From Burkholderiales bacterium (GTDB lineage Bacteria; Pseudomonadota; Gammaproteobacteria; Burkholderiales; JAHFRG01): a stretch of DNA of 64,000 nt. The notes beneath the pieces were generated by a model. That model ran no database searches. It was not told the origin of the DNA and was given only the letters and a program-made list of their open reading frames with translations. Position numbers and translations under genes: made by a program. This document shows positions 60,010-64,000 of the stretch, one piece after another. The DNA lies in contig DATDGC010000020.1 in the NCBI GenBank assembly GCA_036522275.1, positions 17,995-81,994 of the forward strand, written 5' to 3'. Each line of letters begins with the position of its first letter. Position 1 is the stretch's first letter.

Positions 60010-61302
60010 ATGGCCGTTCCCCATCTAACCGCTGCGTTTCCCGGGCATGTGCCCGAACTGGAAATAAAACTGGTGGAGGAGGTTTCCACCATCGAGCACT
60101 GGCTGCGCGGCCAATGGCAGGAGCACAGCGTGCCGTTCTACGCTTCGGTGGATTTGCGCAACAGCGGTTTCAAGCTCGCGCCGGTGGACACTAATCTCTT
60201 TCCCGGCGGCTTCAACAACCTCACCCCGGATTTCCTGCCGTTGTGTGTTCAGGCAGCTATGGTCGCGGTGGAAAAAGTCTGTCCTGACGCAAAAGGCGCG
60301 TTGCTGATTCCGGAAAATCACACACGCAATACGTTTTATCTACAAAACGTCGCAACGCTGCAATCCATCCTGCGCCAGGCGGGAATGAATGTGCGCATCG
60401 GCAGCTTGCTTCCCGAAATCACCGCACCCACGGAGTTGAAGCTTCCGGACGGTAAAAGCCTACTGCTGGAACCACTGGTGCGCAAAGGTAATCGCCTGGG
60501 GCTTGCCAATTTCGACCCTTGCGTGGTGGTTTTAAATAACGATTTATCAGCGGGCATTCCGGAAATTTTAAAAAACCTGGGACAATCGGTGTTGCCGCCC
60601 CTGCACGCCGGCTGGGCGACACGGCGCAAATCGAATCACTTTAGCGCTTACAATCGAGTCGCCGAGGAATTCGCCAAACTCATCGGCATTGATCCTTGGC
60701 TGATCAACCCCTATTTTGCGACCTGTGGTGAAATCAATTTCCAAGAGCACCGCGGCGAGGAATGTCTGGCCAGTTGGGTGGAGCAGATCCTGAGTGACAT
60801 TCGCGCCAAATACCAGGAATACGGCATCAAGGAACAGCCTTTTGTCATCGTCAAGGCCGATGCCGGCACTTACGGCATGGGCATTATGACGGTGAAGGAC
60901 GCTTCCGAAGTGCGGGGCTTGAGCAGCAGACAGCGCAAAAAGATGGCGGTGGTCAAGGAAGGATTGGCGGTTACCGAAGTCATGGTGCAGGAAGGCGTGC
61001 ATACCTATGAAAGCATCAACGATGCGGTGGCCGAGCCGGTTGTATACATGATTGATCATTTCGTGGTGGGCGGGTTTTACCGCGTGCACACCAGCCGCGG
61101 TACGGACGAAAACCTCAACTCGCCCGGAATGCATTTTGTACCATTGGCATTCGAGAGCCCCTGCTCGCTGCCCGATCCGACACAGCCCGGCTGCGTACCC
61201 AACCGTTTTTATGCTTATGGAGTCATTGCAAGGCTCGCGCTGCTCGCCGCAGCCATTGAGCTAGAGCAAAGCGAAAAAGCTTTCGAGAAAGCGACTATTT
61301 AG
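60010..61302 (+). CDS. gshA: glutamate--cysteine ligase (compact proteobacterial type)
   Basis: 430 aa. FYASVDLRNSGFKLAPVDTNLFPGGFNNL. Immediately upstream of gshB. Confidence 0.8.
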   Translation: MAVPHLTAAFPGHVPELEIKLVEEVSTIEHWLRGQWQEHSVPFYASVDLRNSGFKLAPVDTNLFPGGFNNLTPDFLPLCVQAAMVAVEKVCPDAKGALLIPENHTRNTFYLQNVATLQSILRQAGMNVRIGSLLPEITAPTELKLPDGKSLLLEPLVRKGNRLGLANFDPCVVVLNNDLSAGIPEILKNLGQSVLPPLHAGWATRRKSNHFSAYNRVAEEFAKLIGIDPWLINPYFATCGEINFQEHRGEECLASWVEQILSDIRAKYQEYGIKEQPFVIVKADAGTYGMGIMTVKDASEVRGLSSRQRKKMAVVKEGLAVTEVMVQEGVHTYESINDAVAEPVVYMIDHFVVGGFYRVHTSRGTDENLNSPGMHFVPLAFESPCSLPDPTQPGCVPNRFYAYGVIARLALLAAAIELEQSEKAFEKATI

Positions 61303-61304
61303 TT

Positions 61305-62255
61305 ATGAACTTCGCTTTCATTCTCGATCCTCTTGACACCCTCAAGGTTTACAAGGACTCCAGCTTCGCCATGATGGTTGAGGCGGCATCCCGCGGCCAT
61401 GCGCTCTACGTCATGCAGCAGCAGGATGTGATATTGCAGCTCGGCCGGGTGCTGGGACATGCCAGAAAACTCACGCTGACCGGGAATGAGGACGACTGGT
61501 ATCGGGCCGGCGAGATTGAAATAATGCCGCTTGAGCGCTTCGATGTGGTGCTGATGCGCAAGGACCCGCCGTACGATATGGAGTACATCTACAGCACTTA
61601 TTTGCTGGAACTCGCCGAAGCACAGGGAGCAAGAGTTTTCAACAAGCCAAAGGCATTGCGTGATTTCAACGAAAAGCTCGCCATCGCCAAATTCAATGAA
61701 TTTACCGTACCAAGCCTGGTAACGCGTCGGGCCGAGCTGATCTTGAAATTCCTAGCGCAGCATCAAGACGTGATTCTCAAACCGCTCGACGGAATGGCGG
61801 GGCGATCGGTGTTCCGCATACGCGAACAGGATGTGAATCTCAACGCCACCATCGAAACGCTGACCCAGCATGGGACACGGACCATCATGTCGCAACGCTA
61901 CATCCCGGAAGTTGTCAAAGGCGACAAGCGCATTCTGCTGATTGACGGAAAACCGGTGCCTTATGCCTTGGCGCGCATCCCCAAGCCGGGAGAGACCCGC
62001 GCTAATCTCGCCGCCGGAGGAACTGGAGTGGCGCAGCCGCTCTCGCCGCGCGACCAGGAAATCGCCGTAGCTCTGGGGCCGCAACTTGGCAAGGAAGGTT
62101 TGATTCTGGTCGGGCTCGATGTGATAGGCGACTATCTCACCGAAATCAATGTCACCAGTCCTACCTGCATGCGGGAGATAACCGATCAGACGGGCTTCAA
62201 TGTCGCTGGAATGATGATTGATACGCTGGTAAAAACAGTGAAGCGCAAGACCTGA
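61305..62255 (+). CDS. gshB: glutathione synthetase
   Basis: F..DP...........SF.MM.EA..RGH, and the ATP-grasp GDKRILLIDG and NLAAGG. Confidence 0.93.
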   Translation: MNFAFILDPLDTLKVYKDSSFAMMVEAASRGHALYVMQQQDVILQLGRVLGHARKLTLTGNEDDWYRAGEIEIMPLERFDVVLMRKDPPYDMEYIYSTYLLELAEAQGARVFNKPKALRDFNEKLAIAKFNEFTVPSLVTRRAELILKFLAQHQDVILKPLDGMAGRSVFRIREQDVNLNATIETLTQHGTRTIMSQRYIPEVVKGDKRILLIDGKPVPYALARIPKPGETRANLAAGGTGVAQPLSPRDQEIAVALGPQLGKEGLILVGLDVIGDYLTEINVTSPTCMREITDQTGFNVAGMMIDTLVKTVKRKT

Positions 62256-62471
62256 GAACAAACCCTGCCCTCACCGACCGTTCTTCCTGATAGATTACTT
62301 CCGAAGCGCAGTGAAGTCTCCGTCACCCGGGCACCCAATAAGCACCCGGAATTTCTGGAAAAAAATACGGTAATTCGCGAAATTCCTAAAAGGCAACGGG
62401 CCAGGTATTGCTGCTTTGTTGAAGTCGCTGGAGTAAAATTAACTTAATGGTTATCTTATTTAGGAGCTGAG

Positions 62472-62885
62472 ATGGTAGGCATTTTGATTGTCGCGCATGG
62501 CACCCTGGGTGAAAGCCTGATCCACTGTGTAAGCAATGTCATGGGCAGCCGCCCGCCACAACTGATGCAAATCGGGGTGACTGTACATGACGACCCACAG
62601 GCGATCTTGCCGCAGGCGCTGAAACTCGTGAAACAGCTCGATCAGGGTAAGGGCGTGCTGGTGTTAAGCGATATCTACGGCGCGACGCCGTGCAATATCG
62701 CGGCTAAACTGCTGATCCCCGAAAAAGTGGAAGGGGTGGTGGGCGTCAACCTGCCGATGTTGATTCGCGCTCTCACCTATCGTAACGAGCCGCTGAAAAT
62801 AGTGGTGGAAAAAGCGCTCTCCGGCGGCTGTGAAGGCGTGCTGCACATCGCCACGGACGTTTATGATGCCGCAACGGGAAGCTGA
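62472..62885 (+). CDS. PTS EIIA component, mannose/fructose class
   Basis: MVGILIVAHG with the active-site His, and the LSDIYGATP loop. Confidence 0.8.
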   Translation: MVGILIVAHGTLGESLIHCVSNVMGSRPPQLMQIGVTVHDDPQAILPQALKLVKQLDQGKGVLVLSDIYGATPCNIAAKLLIPEKVEGVVGVNLPMLIRALTYRNEPLKIVVEKALSGGCEGVLHIATDVYDAATGS

Positions 62886-63135
62886 AATCATCAACAAGCT
62901 TGGGCTGCACGCGCGCGCCGCGGCCAAACTCACCCAGCTCGCCGGACGGTTCAAGAGTGATATTTGGCTATCGCGCAACGGCCAGCGCGTCAACGCCAAA
63001 AGCATCATGGGCGTGATGATGCTCGCCGCAAGCAAAGGAAGCTCAATTAGCATCGAAGCCAGCGGCGAGGATGAAAATGAAGCGCTGCAGGCACTTGTAG
63101 ATTTGATAGGCAGTTGTTTCGGGGAAGGCGAATGA
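62863..63135 (+). CDS. ptsH: HPr-family phosphocarrier protein
   Basis: IINKLGLHARAAAKL (His-15 motif) and NAKSIMGVMML (Ser-46 region). Overlaps the EIIA 3' end. Confidence 0.85.
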   Translation: MMPQREAEIINKLGLHARAAAKLTQLAGRFKSDIWLSRNGQRVNAKSIMGVMMLAASKGSSISIEASGEDENEALQALVDLIGSCFGEGE

Positions 63136-64000
63136 GCTTCACCATGCACGGCATCGGGGTATCCGGAGGAATTGCCATCGGGCAGGCACACCTGCTTTCG
63201 CACGCCACGCTGGAAGTTGCGCATTACACCGTGCGCGAACATGAAGTCGCAAACGAGATCGCGCGTTTTGACGCCGCGATCAAGGAAGTGCAAGCAGAAC
63301 TGCAAACCCTGCATGAAAACATGGCGGCCAACGTCCCCGCCGAGCTCGCCGCCTTCCTAGACCTGCACCGGATGATTCTCTCCGACCCTATCATCTCCAA
63401 AGCCGCGCGGAAACGCATCGAAGAACAGCGCTGCAACGCCGAGTGGGCGCTCAAGCAGCAAATGGACGAACTGCTCGAGCGGTTTGACCAGATCGAAGAT
63501 GCCTACCTGCGCGAGCGCAAAGTCGACGTGGTCCAGGTAGGCGAACGCGTACTGAAAGCGCTGCTGGGTCACCCGGGACACGTGCCCCCGCCTGCCGACC
63601 TCGAGCAGAACAGCATCCTCGTTGCGCATGACTTGAGTCCGGCGGAACTCATTTTATTCAAGCAGCATCGCTTCGCCGCCTTCATTACCGACATCGGCGG
63701 GCCGATGTCGCACACCGCGATTGTCGCTCGCAGCTTGAACGTTCCATCGATTGTGGCGCTGCATCAGGCGCGGCAATTGGTGCGCGAAGAAGACACACTG
63801 GTGGTAGACGGCACCCAGGGCGTGGTAATTGTCAATCCTGACAAGGAGGTTCTCGCCGAGTATAAGCTGCGCCAAAACCAGAGAGAACTCGAGCGGCAGA
63901 AGCTTAAACGCCTGAAACTTACCCGCTCTACGACTTTGGATGGCACGGCGGTGGAATTGCAAGCCAACATCGAGTTGCCGCAGGACATCGAGCAGGTGAA
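63132..64000 (+). CDS. ptsI: phosphoenolpyruvate-protein phosphotransferase (Enzyme I); 3' end beyond the window; absent from the ORF track
   Basis: ATGA overlap with ptsH. Translation begins MSFTMHGIGVSGGIAIGQAHLL and contains the GGPMSHTAIVARSL active-site His. The frame is open to the window edge. Confidence 0.9.
   Translation, partial: MSFTMHGIGVSGGIAIGQAHLLSHATLEVAHYTVREHEVANEIARFDAAIKEVQAELQTLHENMAANVPAELAAFLDLHRMILSDPIISKAARKRIEEQRCNAEWALKQQMDELLERFDQIEDAYLRERKVDVVQVGERVLKALLGHPGHVPPPADLEQNSILVAHDLSPAELILFKQHRFAAFITDIGGPMSHTAIVARSLNVPSIVALHQARQLVREEDTLVVDGTQGVVIVNPDKEVLAEYKLRQNQRELERQKLKRLKLTRSTTLDGTAVELQANIELPQDIEQV

Noticed and set aside
62397-62412. Sigma-54-like sequence CGGGCCAGGTATTGCT upstream of the PTS EIIA gene.
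   Set aside because: GG and GC are correctly spaced but the -24 element (GGGCC) departs from TGGCAC. This is too weak to call without data.

Overview
This is a gene-dense chromosomal window of mostly housekeeping genes, with about 62 protein genes. I recognised no rRNA, tRNA, CRISPR array, transposase, phage or defence genes. Gene content and synteny look like a betaproteobacterial chemolithoautotroph, but that is inference from gene families only. The recognisable blocks are: slmA-argB; dacC-dat-ybeD-lipB-lipA; polA; thrB; uvrD; phosphoribulokinase; leuS-lptE-holA-proA; lpdA; an opu-type ABC transporter; ubiE...ubiJ-ubiB; potABCD; mscL; metH; comM; ubiK; porin-glnK-amtB; gshA-gshB; and ptsM-ptsH-ptsI. 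The ORF track misses two genes. One is a 56-aa zinc-finger anti-sigma factor at 2902..3072. The other is ptsI, which runs off the right edge from 63132. Four things are not ordinary. (1) A non-coding repeat family has five copies in 64 kb (8236-8632, 23246-23570, 43766-44034, 48050-48450, 48935-49217). In three copies a conserved interior is closed by a perfect terminal inverted repeat whose sequence differs in every copy. One copy carries the potB start codon in its stem. (2) Five 70-95 bp imperfect hairpins have arms built from short tandem repeats. All five have the G/purine-rich arm on the low-coordinate side, and they are embedded in frame in polA, uvrD and the lipB 5' end. (3) A CCAEP-tail B12-binding radical SAM gene and an ATP-grasp gene sit tightly inside the ubiE-tim44-ubiJ-ubiB operon. 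(4) A divergent ECF sigma/anti-sigma pair faces an exported cluster: a small secreted protein, a Tat-lipoprotein metallophosphoesterase, a CuA-motif cupredoxin and a signal-peptide methyltransferase. All functional calls rest on motif and family recognition by eye; no searches were run.
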